Source: Lingula anatina (taxonomy: Eukaryota; Animalia; Brachiopoda). From it: a DNA stretch of 64,000 nt. Below are positions 47,001-62,000 of the stretch, one piece after another; the stretch's first letter is position 1, and each line of letters opens with the position of its first letter. Under the pieces are notes generated by a model, which was not told the DNA's origin, did no database searches, and saw nothing but the letters and a program-made list of their open reading frames with translations. The DNA is taken from assembly GCA_051362555.1 (NCBI GenBank), contig CM120643.1:11194144-11258143 (forward strand), written 5' to 3'. A program made the position numbers and the translations under genes.

Positions 47001-50000
47001 GCTGGAAGAGTGGTGGTGTCAACATTAAGGAAGAAATAGAGCAAAAACTCTGTCTCCCCCCCCCCCCTCTCAGATTCTGTTCTCAGAGCTTATTTTTGGA
47101 TCATCTTTAAAGCTAGAATTGGGGGCCTTGATGAAGTGACCCGGGCGCGTTTCCACATTTTTTATGAATGACAGGTGTGGTAGATTGATTTTCGTCACTT
47201 TTTGGAAAAATCAGAGACGGGTCAATTTTTGGTGATTTTGAGTGATTTTGAACAGTGCCGGCACTGTGAGATTTCTTCAGTTTTGGCCAGGTAGGGGTGA
47301 AAATTTTTTTTCTTCATTATAGTGTCAGGTAGGTGTGTTCGTTCATTTGTAGTAAGAATAAAGTGCTGGAAGAGTGGTGGTGTCAACATTAAGGAAGAAA
47401 CAGAGCAAAAACTCTGTCTCCCCCCCCCTCTCAGATTCTGTTCTCACAGCTTATTTTTGGATCATCTTTAAAGCTAGAATTGGGGGCCTTGATGAAGTGA
47501 CCCGGGCGCGTTTCCACATTTTTTATGAATGACAGGTGTGGTAGATTGATTTTCGTCACTTTTTGGAAAAATCGGAGACGGGTCGATTTTTGGTGATTTT
47601 GAGTGATTTTGAACAGTGCCGGCACTGTGAGATTTCTTCAATTTTGGCCCGGTAGGGATGAAAATTTTTTTTCTTCATTATAGTGTCAGGTAGGTGTGTT
47701 CGGTCATTTGTAGTAAGAATAAAGTGCTGGAAGAGTGGTGGTGTCAACATTAAGGAAGAAATAGAGCAAAAACTCTGTCTCCCCCCCCCCCTCTCAGATT
47801 CTGTTCTCAGAGCTTATTTTTGGATCATCTTTAAAGCTAGAATTGGGGGCCTTGATGAAGTGACCCGGGCGCGTTTCCACATTTTTTATGAATGACAGGT
47901 GTGGTAGATTGATTTTCGTCACTTTTTGGAAAAATCGGAGACGGGTCGATTTTTGGTGATTTTGAGTGATTTTGAACAGTGCCGGCACTGTGAGATTTCT
48001 TCAATTTTGGCCAGGTAGGGATGAAAATTTTTTTTCTTCATTATAGTGTCAGGTAGGTGTGTTCGGTCATTTGTAGTAAGAATAAAGTGCTGGAAGAGTG
48101 GTGGTGTCAACATAAAGGAAGAAATAGAGCAAAAACTCTGTCTCCCCCCCCCCCTCTCAGATTCTGTTCTCAGAGCTTATTTTTGGATCATCTTTAAAGC
48201 TAGAATTGGGGGCCTTGATGAAGTGACCCGGGCGCGTTTCCACATTTTTTATGAATGACAGGTGTGGTAGATTGATTTTCGTCACTTTTTGGAAAAATCG
48301 GAGACGGGTCGATTTTTGGTGATTTTGAGTGATTTTGAACAGTGCCGGCACTGTGAGATTTCTTCAATTTTGGCCAGGTAGGGATGAAAATTTTTTTTCT
48401 TCATTATAGTGTCAGGTAGGTGTGTTCGGTCATTTGTAGTAAGAATAAAGTGCTGGAAGAGTGGTGGTGTCAACATAAAGGAAGAAATAGAGCAAAAACT
48501 CTGTCTCCCCCCCCCCCTCTCAGATTCTGTTCTCAGAGCTTATTTTTGGATCATCTTTAAAGCTAGAATTGGGGGCCTTGATGAAGTGACCCGGGCGCGT
48601 TTCCACATTTTTTATGAATGACAGGTGTGGTAGATTGATTTTCGTCACTTTTTGGAAAAATCGGAGACGGGTCGATTTTTGGTGATTTTGAGTGATTTTG
48701 AACAGTGCCGGCACTGTGAGATTTCTTCAATTTTGGCCAGGTAGGGATGAAAATTTTTTTTCTTCATTATAGTGTCAGGTAGGTGTGTTCAGTCATTTGT
48801 AGTAAGAATAAAGTGCTGGAAGAGTGGTGGTGTCAACATTAAGGAAGAAATAAAGCAAAAACTCTGTCTCCCCCCCCCCCTCTCAGATTCTGTTCTCAGA
48901 GCTTATTTTTGGATCATCTTTAAAGCTAGAATTGGGGGCCTTGATGAAGTGACCCGGGCGCATTTCCACATTTTTTATGAATGACAGGTGTGGTAGATTG
49001 ATTTTCGTCACTTTTTGGAAAAATCGGAGACGGGTCGATTTTTGGTGATTTTGAGTGATTTTGATCAGTGCCGGCACTGTGAGATTTCTTCAATTTTGGC
49101 CAGGTAGGGATGAAAATTTTTTTTCTTCATTATAGTGTCAGGTAGGTGTGTTCAGTCATTTGTAGTAAGAATAAAGTGCTGGAAGAGTGGTGGTGTCAAC
49201 ATTAAGGAAGAAATAGAGCAAAAACTCTGTCTCCCCCCCCCCCCTCTCAGATTCTGTTCTCAGAGCTTATTTTTGGATCATCTTTAAAGCTAGAATTGGG
49301 GGCCTTGATGAAGTGACCCGGGCGCGTTTCCACATTTTTTATGAATGACAGGTGTGGTAGATTGATTTTCGTCACTTTTTGGAAAAATCAGAGACGGGTC
49401 AATTTTTGGTGATTTTGAGTGATTTTGAACAGTGCCGGCACTGTGAGATTTCTTCAGTTTTGGCCAGGTAGGGGTGAAAATTTTTTTTCTTCATTATAGT
49501 GTCAGGTAGGTGTGTTCGTTCATTTGTAGTAAGAATAAAGTGCTGGAAGAGTGGTGGTGTCAACATTAAGGAAGAAATAGAGCAAAAACTCTGTCTCCCC
49601 CCCCTCTCAGATTCTGTTCTCAGAGCTTATTTTTGGATCATCTTTAAAGCTAGAATTGGGGGCCTTGATGAAGTGACCCGGGCGCGTTTCCACATTTTTT
49701 ATGAATGACAGGTGTGGTAGATTGATTTTCGTCACTTTTTGGAAAAATCGGAGACGGGTCGATTTTTGGTGATTTTGAGTGATTTTGAACAGTGCCGGCA
49801 CTGTGAGATTTCTTCAATTTTGGCCAGGTAGGGATGAAAATTTTTTTCTTCATTATAGTGTCAGGTAGGTGTGTTCGTTCATTTGTAGTAAGAATAAAGT
49901 GCTGGAAGAGTGGTGGTGTCAACATTAAGGAAGAAATAGAGCAAAAACTCTGTCTCCCCCCCCCCCCTCTCAGATTCTGTTCTCAGAGCTTATTTTTGGA

Positions 50001-53000
50001 TCATCTTTAAAGCTAGAATTGGGGGCCTTGATGAAGTGACCCGGGCGCGTTTCCACATTTTTTATGAATGACAGGTGTGGTAGATTGATTTTCGTCACTT
50101 TTTGGAAAAATCAGAGACGGGTCAATTTTTGGTGATTTTGAGTGATTTTGAACAGTGCCGGCACTGTGAGATTTCTTCAGTTTTGGCCAGGTAGGGGTGA
50201 AAATTTTTTTTCTTCATTATAGTGTCAGGTAGGTGTGTTCGTTCATTTGTAGTAAGAATAAAGTGCTGGAAGAGTGGTGGTGTCAACATTAAGGAAGAAA
50301 TAGAGCAAAAACTCTGTCTCCCCCCCCCCCTCTCAGATTCTGTTCTCAGAGCTTATTTTTGGATCATCTTTAAAGCTAGAATTGGGGGCCTTGATGAAGT
50401 GACCCGTGCGCGTTTCCACATTTTTTATGAATGACAGGTGTGGTAGATTGATTTTCGTCACTTTTTGGAAAAATCGGAGACGGGTCGATTTTTGGTGATT
50501 TTGAGTGATTTTGAACAGTGCCGGCACTGTGAGATTTCTTCAATTTTGGCCAGGTAGGGATGAAAATTTTTTTTCTTCATTATAGTGTCAGGTAGGTGTG
50601 TTCGGTCATTTGTAGTAAGAATAAAGTGCTGGAAGAGTGGTGGTGTCAACATTAAGGAAGAAATAGAGCAAAAACTCTGTCTCCCCCCCCCCCTCTCAGA
50701 TTCTGTTCTCAGAGCTTATTTTTGGATCATCTTTAAAGCTAGAATTGGGGGCCTTGATGAAGTGACCCGGGCGCGTTTCCACATTTTTTATGAATGACAG
50801 GTGTGGTAGATTGATTTTCGTCACTTTTTGGAAAAATCGGAGACGGGTCGATTTTTGGTGATTTTGAGTGATTTTGAACAGTGCCGGCACTGTGAGATTT
50901 CTTCAATTTTGGCCAGGTAGGGATGAAAATTTTTTTTCTTCATTATAGTGTCAGGTAGGTGTGTTCGGTCATTTGTAGTAAGAATAAAGTGCTGGAAGAG
51001 TGGTGGTGTCAACATTAAGGAAGAAATAGAGCAAAAACTCTGTCTCTCCCCCCCCCCCCCCTCTCAGATTCTGTTCTCAGAGCTTATTTTTGGATCATCT
51101 TTAAAGCTAGAATTGGGGGCCTTGATGAAGTGACCCGGGCGCGTTTCCACATTTTTTATGAATGACAGGTGTGGTAGATTGATTTTCGTCACTTTTTGGA
51201 AAAATCGGAGACGGGTCGATTTTTGGTGATTTTGAGTGATTTTGAACAGTGCCGGCACTGTGAGATTTCTTCAATTTTGGCCAGGTAGGGATGAAAAATT
51301 TTTTTCTTCATTATAGTGTCAGGTAGGTGTGTTCGGTCATTTGTAGTAAGAATAAAGTGCTGGAAGAGTGGTGGTGTCAACATTAAGGAAGAAATAGAGC
51401 AAAAACTCTGTCTCCCCCCCCCCCTCTCAGATTCTGTTCTCAGAGCTTATTTTTGGATCATCTTTAAAGCTAGAATTGGGGGCGTTGATGAAGTGACCCG
51501 GGCGCGTTTCCACATTTTTTATGAATGACAGGTGTGGTAGATTGATTTTCGTCACTTTTTGGAAAAATCGGAGACGGGTCGATTTTTGGTGATTTTGAGT
51601 GATTTTGAACAGTGCCGGCACTGTGAGATTTCTTCAATTTTGGCCAGGTAGGGATGAAAATTTTTTTCTTCATTATAGTGTCAGGTAGGTGTGTTCGGTC
51701 ATTTGTAGTAAGAATAAAGTGCTGGAAGAGTGGTGGTGTCAACATTAAGGAAGAAATAGAGCAAAAACTCTGTCTCCCCCCCCCCCCTCTCAGATTCTGT
51801 TCTCAGAGCTTATTTTTGGATCATCTTTAAAGCTAGAATTGGGGGCCTTGATGAAGTGACCCGGGCGCGTTTCCACATTTTTTATTAATGACAGGTGTGG
51901 TAGATTGATTTTCATCACTTTTTGGAAAAATCGGAGACGGGTCGATTTTTGGTGATTTTGAGTGATTTTGAACAGTGCCGGCACTGTGAGATTTCTTCAA
52001 TTTTGGCCAGGTAGGGATGAAAATTTTTTTTCTTCATTATAGTGTCAGGTAGGTGTGTTTGGTCATTTGTAGTAAGAATAAAGTGCTGGAAGAGTGGTGG
52101 TGTCAACATTAAGGAAGAAATAGAGCAAAAACTCTGTCTCCCCCCCCCCCTCTCAGATTCTGTTCTCAGAGCTTATTTTTGGATCATCTTTAAAGCTAGA
52201 ATTGGGGGCCTTGATGAAGTGACCCGGGCGCGTTTCCACATTTTTTATGAATGACAGGTGTGGTAGATTGATTTTCGTCACTTTTTGGAAAAATCGGAGA
52301 CGGGTCGATTTTTGGTGATTTTGAGTGATTTTGAACAGTGCCGGCACTGTGAGATTTCTTCAATTTTGGCCAGGTAGGGATGAAAATTTTTTTTCTTCAT
52401 TATAGTGTCAGGTAGGTGTGTTCGGTCATTTGTAGTAAGAATAAAGTGCTGGAAGAGTGGTGGTGTCAACATTAAGGAAGAAATAGAGCAAAAACTCTGT
52501 CTCTCCCCCCCCCCTCTCAGATTCTGTTCTCAGAGCTTATTTTTGGATCATCTTTAAAGCTAGAATTGGGGGCCTTGATGAAGTGACCCGGGCGCGTTTC
52601 CACATTTTTTATGAATGACAGGTGTGGTAGATTGATTTTCGTCACTTTTTGGAAAAATCGGAGACGGGTCGATTTTTGGTGATTTTGAGTGATTTTGAAC
52701 AGTGCCGGCACTGTGAGATTTCTTCAATTTTGGCCAGGTAGGGATGAAAAATTTTTTTCTTCATTATAGTGTCAGGTAGGTGTGTTCGGTCATTTGTAGT
52801 AAGAATAAAGTGCTGGAAGAGTGGTGGTGTCAACATTAAGGAAGAAATAGAGCAAAAACTCTGTCTCCCCCCCCCCTCTCAGATTCTGTTCTCAGAGCTT
52901 ATTTTTGGATCATCTTTAAAGCTAGAATTGGGGGCCTTGATGAAGTGACCCGGGCGCGTTTCCACATTTTTTATGAATGACAGGTGTGGTAGATTGATTT

Positions 53001-56000
53001 TCGTCACTTTTTGGAAAAATCGGAGACGGGTCGATTTTTGGTGATTTTGAGTGATTTTGAACAGTGCCGGCACTGTGAGATTTCTTCAATTTTGGCCAGG
53101 TAGGGATGAAAATTTTTTTCTTCATTATAGTGTCAGGTAGGTGTGTTCGGTCATTTGTAGTAAGAATAAAGTGCTGGAAGAGTGGTGGTGTCAACATTAA
53201 GGAAGAAATAGAGCAAAAACTCTGTCTCCCCCCCCCCCCTCTCAGATTCTGTTCTCAGAGCTTATTTTTGGATCATCTTTAAAGCTAGAATTGGGGGCCT
53301 TGATGAAGTGACCCGGGCGCGTTTCCACATTTTTTATGAATGACAGGTGTGGTAGATTGATTTTCGTCACTTTTTGGAAAAATCGGAGACGGGTCGATTT
53401 TTGGTGATTTTGAGTGATTTTGAACAGTGCCGGCACTGTGAGATTTCTTCAATTTTGGCCAGGTAGAGATGAAAATTTTTTTTCTTCATTATAGTGTCAG
53501 GTAGGTGTGTTCGGTCATTTGTAGTAAGAATAAAGTGCTGGAAGAGTGGTGGTGTCAACATTAAGGAAGAAATAGAGCAAAAACTCTGTCTCCCCCCCCC
53601 CCTCTCAGATTCTGTTCTCAGAGCTTATTTTTGGATCATCTTTAAAGCTAGAATTGGGGGCCTTGATGAAGTGACCCGGGCGTGTTTCCACATTTTTTAT
53701 TAATGACAGGTGTGGTAGATTGATTTTCATCACTTTTTGGAAAAATCGGAGACGGGTCGATTTTTGGTGATTTTGAGTGATTTTGAACAGTGCCGGCACT
53801 GTGAGATTTCTTCAATTTTGGCCAGGTAGGGATGAAAATTTTTTTTCTTCATTATAGTGTCAGGTAGGTGTGTTCGGTCATTTGTAGTAAGAATAAAGTG
53901 CTGGAAGAGTGGTGGTGTCAACATTAAGGAAGAAATAGAGCAAAAACTCTGTCTCCCCCCCCCCCCTCTCAGATTCTGTTCTCAGAGCTTATTTTTGGAT
54001 CATCTTTAAAGCTAGAATTGGGGGCCTTGATGAAGTGACCCGGGCGCGTTTCCACATTTTTTATGAATGACAGGTGTGGTAGATTGATTTTCGTCACTTT
54101 TTGGAAAAATCGGAGACGGGTCGATTTTTGGTGATTTTGAGTGATTTTGAACAGTGCCGGCACTGTGAGATTTCTTCAATTTTGGCCAGGTAGGGATGAA
54201 AATTTTTTTTCTTCATTATAGTGTCAGGTAGGTGTGTTCGGTCATTTGTAGTAAGAATAAAGTGCTGGAAGAGTGGTGGTGTCAACATTAAGGAAGAAAT
54301 AGAGCAAAAACTCTGTCTCCCCCCCCCCCCCTCTCAGATTCTGTTCTCAGAGCTTATTTTTGGATCATCTTTAAAGCTAGAATTGGGGGCCTTGATGAAG
54401 TGACCCGGGCGCGTTTCCACATTTTTTATGAATGACAGGTGTGGTAGATTGATTTTCGTCACTTTTTGGAAAAATCGGAGACGGGTCGATTTTTGGTGAT
54501 TTTGAGTGATTTTGAACAGTGCCGGCACTGTGAGATTTCTTCAATTTTGGCCAGGTAGAGATGAAAATTTTTTTTCTTCATTATAGTGTCAGGTAGGTGT
54601 GTTCGGTCATTTGTAGTAAGAATAAAGTGCTGGAAGAGTGGTGGTGTCAACATTAAGGAAGAAATAGAGCAAAAACTCTGTCTCCCCCCCCCCCCTCTCA
54701 GATTCTGTTCTCAGAGCTTATTTTTGGATCATCTTTAAAGCTAGAATTGGGGGCCTTGATGAAGTGACCCGGGCGTGTTTCCACATTTTTTATTAATGAC
54801 AGGTGTGGTAGATTGATTTTCATCACTTTTTGGAAAAATCGGAGACGGGTCGATTTTTGGTGATTTTGAGTGATTTTGAACAGTGCCGGCACTGTGAGAT
54901 TTCTTCAATTTTGGCCAGGTAGGGATGAAAATTTTTTTTCTTCATTATAGTGTCAGGTAGGTGTGTTCGGTCATTTGTAGTAAGAATAAAGTGCTGGAAG
55001 AGTGGTGGTGTCAACATTAAGGAAGAAATAGAGCAAAAACTCTGTCTCCCCCCCCCCCCTCTCAGATTCTGTTCTCAGAGCTTATTTTTGGATCATCTTT
55101 AAAGCTAGAATTGGGGGCCTTGATGAAGTGACCCGGGCGCGTTTCCACATTTTTTATGAATGACAGGTGTGGTAGATTGATTTTCGTCACTTTTTGGAAA
55201 AATCGGAGACGGGTCGATTTTTGGTGATTTTGAGTGATTTTGAACAGTGCCGGCACTGTGAGATTTCTTCAATTTTGGCCAGGTAGGGATGAAAATTTTT
55301 TTTCTTCATTATAGTGTCAGGTAGGTGTGTTCGGTCATTTGTAGTAAGAATAAAGTGCTGGAAGAGTGGTGGTGTCAACATTAAGGAAGAAATAGAGCAA
55401 AAACTCTGTCTCCCCCCCCCCCCCTCTCAGATTCTGTTCTCAGAGCTTATTTTTGGATCATCTTTAAAGCTAGAATTGGGGGCCTTGATGAAGTGACCCG
55501 GGCGCGTTTCCACATTTTTTATGAATGACAGGTGTGGTAGATTGATTTTCGTCACTTTTTGGAAAAATCGGAGACGGGTCGATTTTTGGTGATTTTGAGT
55601 GATTTTGAACAGTGCCGGCACTGTGAGATTTCTTCAATTTTGGCCAGGTAGGGATAAAATTTTTTTTTCTTCATTATAGTGTCAGGTAGGTGTGTTCGGT
55701 CATTTGTAGTAAGAATAAAGTGCTGGAAGAGTGGTGGTGTCAACATTAAGGAAGAAATAGAGCAAAAACTCTGTCTCCCCCCCCCCCTCTCAGATTCTGT
55801 TCTCAGAGCTTATTTTTGGATCATCTTTAAAGCTAGAATTGGGGGCCTTGATGAAGTGACCCGGGCGCGTTTCCACATTTTTTATGAATGACAGGTGTGG
55901 TAGATTGATTTTCGTCACTTTTTGGAAAAATCGGAGACGGGTCGATTTTTGGTGATTTTGAGTGATTTTGAACAGTGCCGGCACTGTGAGATTTCTTCAA

Positions 56001-59000
56001 TTTTGGCCAGGTAGGGATGAAAATTTTTTTTCTTCATTATAGTGTCAGGTAGGTGTGTTCGGTCATTTGTAGTAAGAATAAAGTGCTGGAAGAGTGGTGG
56101 TGTCAACATTAAGGAAGAAATAGAGCAAAAACTCTGTCTCCCCCCCCCCCCCTCTCAGATTCTGTTCTCAGAGCTTATTTTTGGATCATCTTTAAAGCTA
56201 GAATTGGGGGCCTTGATGAAGTGACCCGGGCGCGTTTCCACATTTTTTATGAATGACAGGTGTGGTAGATTGATTTTCGTCACTTTTTGGAAAAATCGGA
56301 GACGGGTCGATTTTTGGTGATTTTGAGTGATTTTGAACAGTGCCGGCACTGTGAGATTTCTTCAATTTTGGCCAGGTAGGGATGAAAATTTTTTTTCTTC
56401 ATTATAGTGTCAGGTAGGTGTGTTCAGTCATTTGTAGTAAGAATAAAGTGCTGGAAGAGTGGTGGTGTCAACATTAAGGAAGAAATAGAGCAAAAACTCT
56501 GTCTCCCCCCCCCCCCCTCTCAGATTCTGTTCTCAGAGCTTATTTTTGGATCATCTTTAAAGCTAGAATTGGGGGCCTTGATGAAGTGACCCGGGCGCGT
56601 TTCCACATTTTTTATGAATGACAGGTGTGGTAGATTGATTTTCGTCACTTTTTGGAAAAATCGGAGACGGGTCGATTTTTGGTGATTTTGAGTGATTTTG
56701 AACAGTGCCGGCACTGTGAGATTTCTTCAATTTTGGCCAGGTAGGGATGAAATTTTTTTTCTTCATTATAGTGTCAGGTAGGTGTGTTCGGTCATTTGTA
56801 GTAAGAATAAAGTGCTGGAAGAGTGGTGGTGTCAACATTAAGGAAGAAATAGAGCAAAAACTCTGTCTCCCCCCCCCCTCTCAGATTCTGTTCTCAGAGC
56901 TTATTTTTGGATCATCTTTAAAGCTAGAATTGGGGGCCTTGATGAAGTGACCCGGGCGCGTTTCCACATTTTTTATGAATGACAGGTGTGGTAGATTGAT
57001 TTTCGTCACTTTTTGGAAAAATCGGAGACGGGTCGATTTTTGGTGATTTTGAGTGATTTTGAACAGTGCCGGCACTGTGAGATTTCTTCAATTTTGGCCA
57101 GGTAGGGATGAAAATTTTTTTTCTTCATTATAGTGTCAGGTAGGTGTGTTCGGTCATTTGTAGTAAGAATAAAGTGCTGGAAGAGTGGTGGTGTCAACAT
57201 TAAGGAAGAAATAGAGCAAAAACTCTGTCTCCCCCCCCCCCCCCTCTCAGATTCTGTTCTCAGAGCTTATTTTTGGATCATCTTTAAAGCTAGAATTGGG
57301 GGCCTTGATGAAGTGACCCGGGCGCGTTTCCACATTTTTTATGAATGACAGGTGTGGTAGATTGATTTTCGTCACTTTTTGGAAAAATCGGAGACGGGTC
57401 GATTTTTGGTGATTTTGAGTGATTTTGAACAGTGCCGGCACTGTGAGATTTCTTCAATTTTGGCCAGGTAGGGATGAAAATTTTTTTTCTTCATTATAGT
57501 GTCAGGTAGGTGTGTTCAGTCATTTGTAGTAAGAATAAAGTGCTGGAAGAGTGGTGGTGTCAACATTAAGGAAGAAATAGAGCAAAAACTCTGTCTCCCC
57601 CCCCCCCCTCTCAGATTCTGTTCTCAGAGCTTATTTTTGGATCATCTTTAAAGCTAGAATTGGGGGCCTTGATGAAGTGACCCGGGCGCGTTTCCACATT
57701 TTTTATGAATGACAGGTGTGGTAGATTGATTTTCGTCACTTTTTGGAAAAATCGGAGACGGGTCGATTTTTGGTGATTTTGAGTGATTTTGAACAGTGCC
57801 GGCACTGTGAGATTTCTTCAATTTTGGCCAGGTAGGGATGAAATTTTTTTTCTTCATTATAGTGTCAGGTAGGTGTGTTCGGTCATTTGTAGTAAGAATA
57901 AAGTGCTGGAAGAGTGGTGGTGTCAACATTAACGAAGAAATAGAGCAAAAACTCTGTCTCCCCCCCCCCCCTCTCAGATTCTGTTCTCAGAGCTTATTTT
58001 TGGATCATCTTTAAAGCTAGAATTGGGGGCCTTGATGAAGTGACCCGGGCGCGTTTCCACATTTTTTATGAATGACAGGTGTGGTAGATTGATTTTCGTC
58101 TCTTTTTGGAAAAATCGGAGATGGGTCGATTTTTGGTGATTTTGAGTGATTTTGAACAGTGCCGGCACTGTGAGATTTCTTCAATTTTGGCCAGGTAGGG
58201 ATGAAAATTTTTTTTCTTCATTATAGTGTCAGGTAGGTGTGTTCGGTCATTTGTAGTAAGAATAAAGTGCTGGAAGAGTGGTGGTGTCAACATTAAGGAA
58301 GAAATAGAGCAAAAACTCTGTCTCCCCCCCCCCCCTCTCAGATTCTGTTCTCAGAGCTTATTTTTGGATCATCTTTAAAGCTAGAATTGGGGGCCTTGAT
58401 GAAGTGACCCGGGCGCGTTTCCACATTTTTTATGAATGACAGGTGTGGTAGATTGATTTTCGTCACTTTTTGGAAAAATCGGAGACGGGTCGATTTTTGG
58501 TGATTTTGAGTGATTTTGAACAGTGCCGGCACTGTGAGATTTCTTCAATTTTGGCCAGGTAGGGATGAAAATTTTTTTTCTTCATTATAGTGTCAGGTAG
58601 GTGTGTTCGGTCATTTGTAGTAAGAATAAAGTGCTGGAAGAGTGGTGGTGTCAACATTAAGGAAGAAATAGAGCAAAAACTCTGTCTCCCCCCCCCCCTC
58701 TCAGATTCTGTTCTCAGAGCTTATTTTTGGATCATCTTTAAAGCTAGAATTGGGGGCCTTGATGAAGTGACCCGGGCGCGTTTCCACTTTTTTATGAATG
58801 ACAGGTGTGGTAGATTGATTTTCGTCACTTTTTGGAAAAATCGGAGACGGGTCGATTTTTGGTGATTTTGAGTGATTTTGAACAGTGCCGGCACTGTGAG
58901 ATTTCTTCAATTTTGGCCAGGTAGGGATGAAAATTTTTTTTCTTCATTATAGTGTCAGGTAGGTGTGTTCGGTCATTTGTAGTAAGAATAAAGTGCTGGA

Positions 59001-62000
59001 AGAGTGGTGGTGTCAACATTAAGGAAGAAATAGAGCAAAAACTCTGTCTCCCCCCCCCCCTCTCAGATTCTGTTCTCAGAGCTTATTTTTGGATCATCTT
59101 TAAAGCTAGAATTGGGGGCCTTGATGAAGTGACCCGGGCGCGTTTCCACATTTTTTATGAATGACAGGTGTGGTAGATTGATTTTCGTCACTTTTTGGAA
59201 AAATCGGAGACGGGTCGATTTTTGGTGATTTTGAGTGATTTTGAACAGTGCCGGCACTGTGAGATTTCTTCAATTTTGGCCAGGTAGGGATGAAAATTTT
59301 TTTTCTTCATTATAGTGTCAGGTAGGTGTGTTCGGTCATTTGTAGTAAGAATAAAGTGCTGGAAGAGTGGTGGTGTCAACATTAAGGAAGCAATAGAGCA
59401 AAAACTCTGTCTCCCCCCCCCCCCTCTCAGATTCTGTTCTCAGAGCTTATTTTTGGATCATCTTTAAAGCTAGAATTGGGGGCCTTGATGAAGTGACCCG
59501 GGCGCGTTTCCACATTTTTTATGAATGACAGGTGTGGTAGATTGATTTTCGTCACTTTTTGGAAAAATCGGAGACGGGTCGATTTTTGGTGATTTTGAGT
59601 GATTTTGAACAGTGCCGGCACTGTGAGATTTCTTCAATTTTGGCCAGGTAGGGATGAAAATTTTTTTTCTTCATTATAGTGTCAGGTAGGTGTGTTCGGT
59701 CATTTGTAGTAAGAATAAAGTGCTGGAAGAGTGGTGGTGTCAACATTAAGGAAGAAATAGAGCAAAAACTCTGTCTCCCCCCCCCCCCCCTCTCAGATTC
59801 TGTTCTCAGAGCTTATTTTTGGATCATCTTTAAAGCTAGAATTGGGGGCTTTGATGAAGTGACCCGGGCGCGTTTCCACATTTTTTATGAATGACAGGTG
59901 TGGTAGATTGATTTTCGTCACTTTTTGGAAAAATCGGAGACGGGTCGATTTTTGGTGATTTTGAGTGATTTTGAACAGTGCCGGCACTGTGAGATTTCTT
60001 CAATTTTGGCCAGGTAGGGATGAAAATTTTTTTTCTTCATTATAGTGTCAGGTAGGTGTGTTCGGTCATTTGTAGTAAGAATAAAGTGCTGGAAGAGTGG
60101 TGGTGTCAACATTAAGGAAGAAATAGAGCAAAAACTCTGTCTCCCCCCCCCCCTCTCAGATTCTGTTCTCAGAGCTTATTTTTGGATCATCTTTAAAGCT
60201 AGAATTGGGGGCCTTGATGAAGTGACCCGGGCGCGTTTCCACATTTTTTATGAATGACAGGTGTGGTAGATTGATTTTCGTCACTTTTTGGAAAAATCGG
60301 AGACGGGTCGATTTTTGGTGATTTTGAGTGATTTTGAACAGTGCCGGCACTGTGAGATTTCTTCAATTTTGGCCAGGTAGGGATGAAAATTTTTTTTCTT
60401 CATTATAGTGTCAGGTAGGTGTGTTCGGTCATTTGTAGTAAGAATAAAGTGCTGGAAGAGTGGTGGTGTCAACATTAAGGAAGAAATAGAGCAAAAACTC
60501 TGTCTCCCCCCCCCCCCCTCTCAGATTCTGTTCTCAGAGCTTATTTTTGGATCATCTTTAAAGCTAGAATTGGGGGCCTTGATGAAGTGACCCGGGCGCG
60601 TTTCCACATTTTTTATGAATGACAGGTGTGGTAGATTGATTTTCGTCACTTTTTGGAAAAATCGGAGACGGGTCGATTTTTGGTGATTTTGAGTGATTTT
60701 GAACAGTGCCGGCACTGTGAGATTTCTTCAATTTTGGCCAGGTAGGGATGAAAATTTTTTTTCTTCATTATAGTGTCAGGTAGGTGTGTTCGGTCATTTG
60801 TAGTAAGAATAAAGTGCTGGAAGAGTGGTGGTGTCAACATTAAGGAAGAAATAGAGCAAAAACTCTGTCTCCCCCCCCCCCCCTCTTAGATTCTGTTCTC
60901 AGAGCTTATTTTTGGATCATCTTTAAAGCTAGAATTGGGGGCCTTGATGAAGTGACCCGGGCGCGTTTCCACATTTTTTATGAATGACAGGTGTGGTAGA
61001 TTGATTTTCGTCACTTTTTGGAAAAATCGGAGACGGGTCGATTTTTGGTGATTTTGAGTGATTTTGAACAGTGCCGGCACTGTGAGATTTCTTCAATTTT
61101 GGCCAGGTAGGGATGAAAATTTTTTTTCTTCATTATAGTGTCAGGTAGGTGTGTTCGGTCATTTGTAGTAAGAATAAAGTGCTGGAAGAGTGGTGGTGTC
61201 AACATTAAGGAAGAAATAGAGCAAAAACTCTGTCTCCCCCCCCCCCCTCTCAGATTCTGTTCTCAGAGCTTATTTTTGGATCATCTTTAAAGCTAGAATT
61301 GGGGGCCTTGATGAAGTGACCCGGGCGCGTTTCCACTTTTTTATGAATGACAGGTGTGGTAGATTGATTTTCGTCACTTTTTGGAAAAATCGGAGACGGG
61401 TCGATTTTTGGTGATTTTGAGTGATTTTGAACAGTGCCGGCACTGTGAGATTTCTTCAATTTTGGCCAGGTAGGGATGAAAATTTTTTTTCTTCATTATA
61501 GTGTCAGGTAGGTGTGTTCGGTCATTTGTAGTAAGAATAAAGTGCTGGAAGAGTGGTGGTGTCAACATTAAGGAAGAAATAGAGCAAAAACTCTGTCTCC
61601 CCCCCCCCCCTCTCAGATTCTGTTCTCAGAGCTTATTTTTGGATCATCTTTAAAGCTAGAATTGGGGGCCTTGATGAAGTGACCCGGGCGCGTTTCCACA
61701 TTTTTTATGAATGACAGGTGTGGTAGATTGATTTTCGTCACTTTTTGGAAAAATCGGAGACGGGTCGATTTTTGGTGATTTTGAGTGATTTTGAACAGTG
61801 CCGGCACTGTGAGATTTCTTCAATTTTGGCCAGGTAGGGATGAAAATTTTTTTTCTTCATTATAGTGTCAGGTAGGTGTGTTCGGTCATTTGTAGTAAGA
61901 ATAAAGTGCTGGAAGAGTGGTGGTGTCAACATTAAGGAAGAAATAGAGCAAAAACTCTGTCTCCCCCCCCCCCCCTCTCAGATTCTGTTCTCAGAGCTTA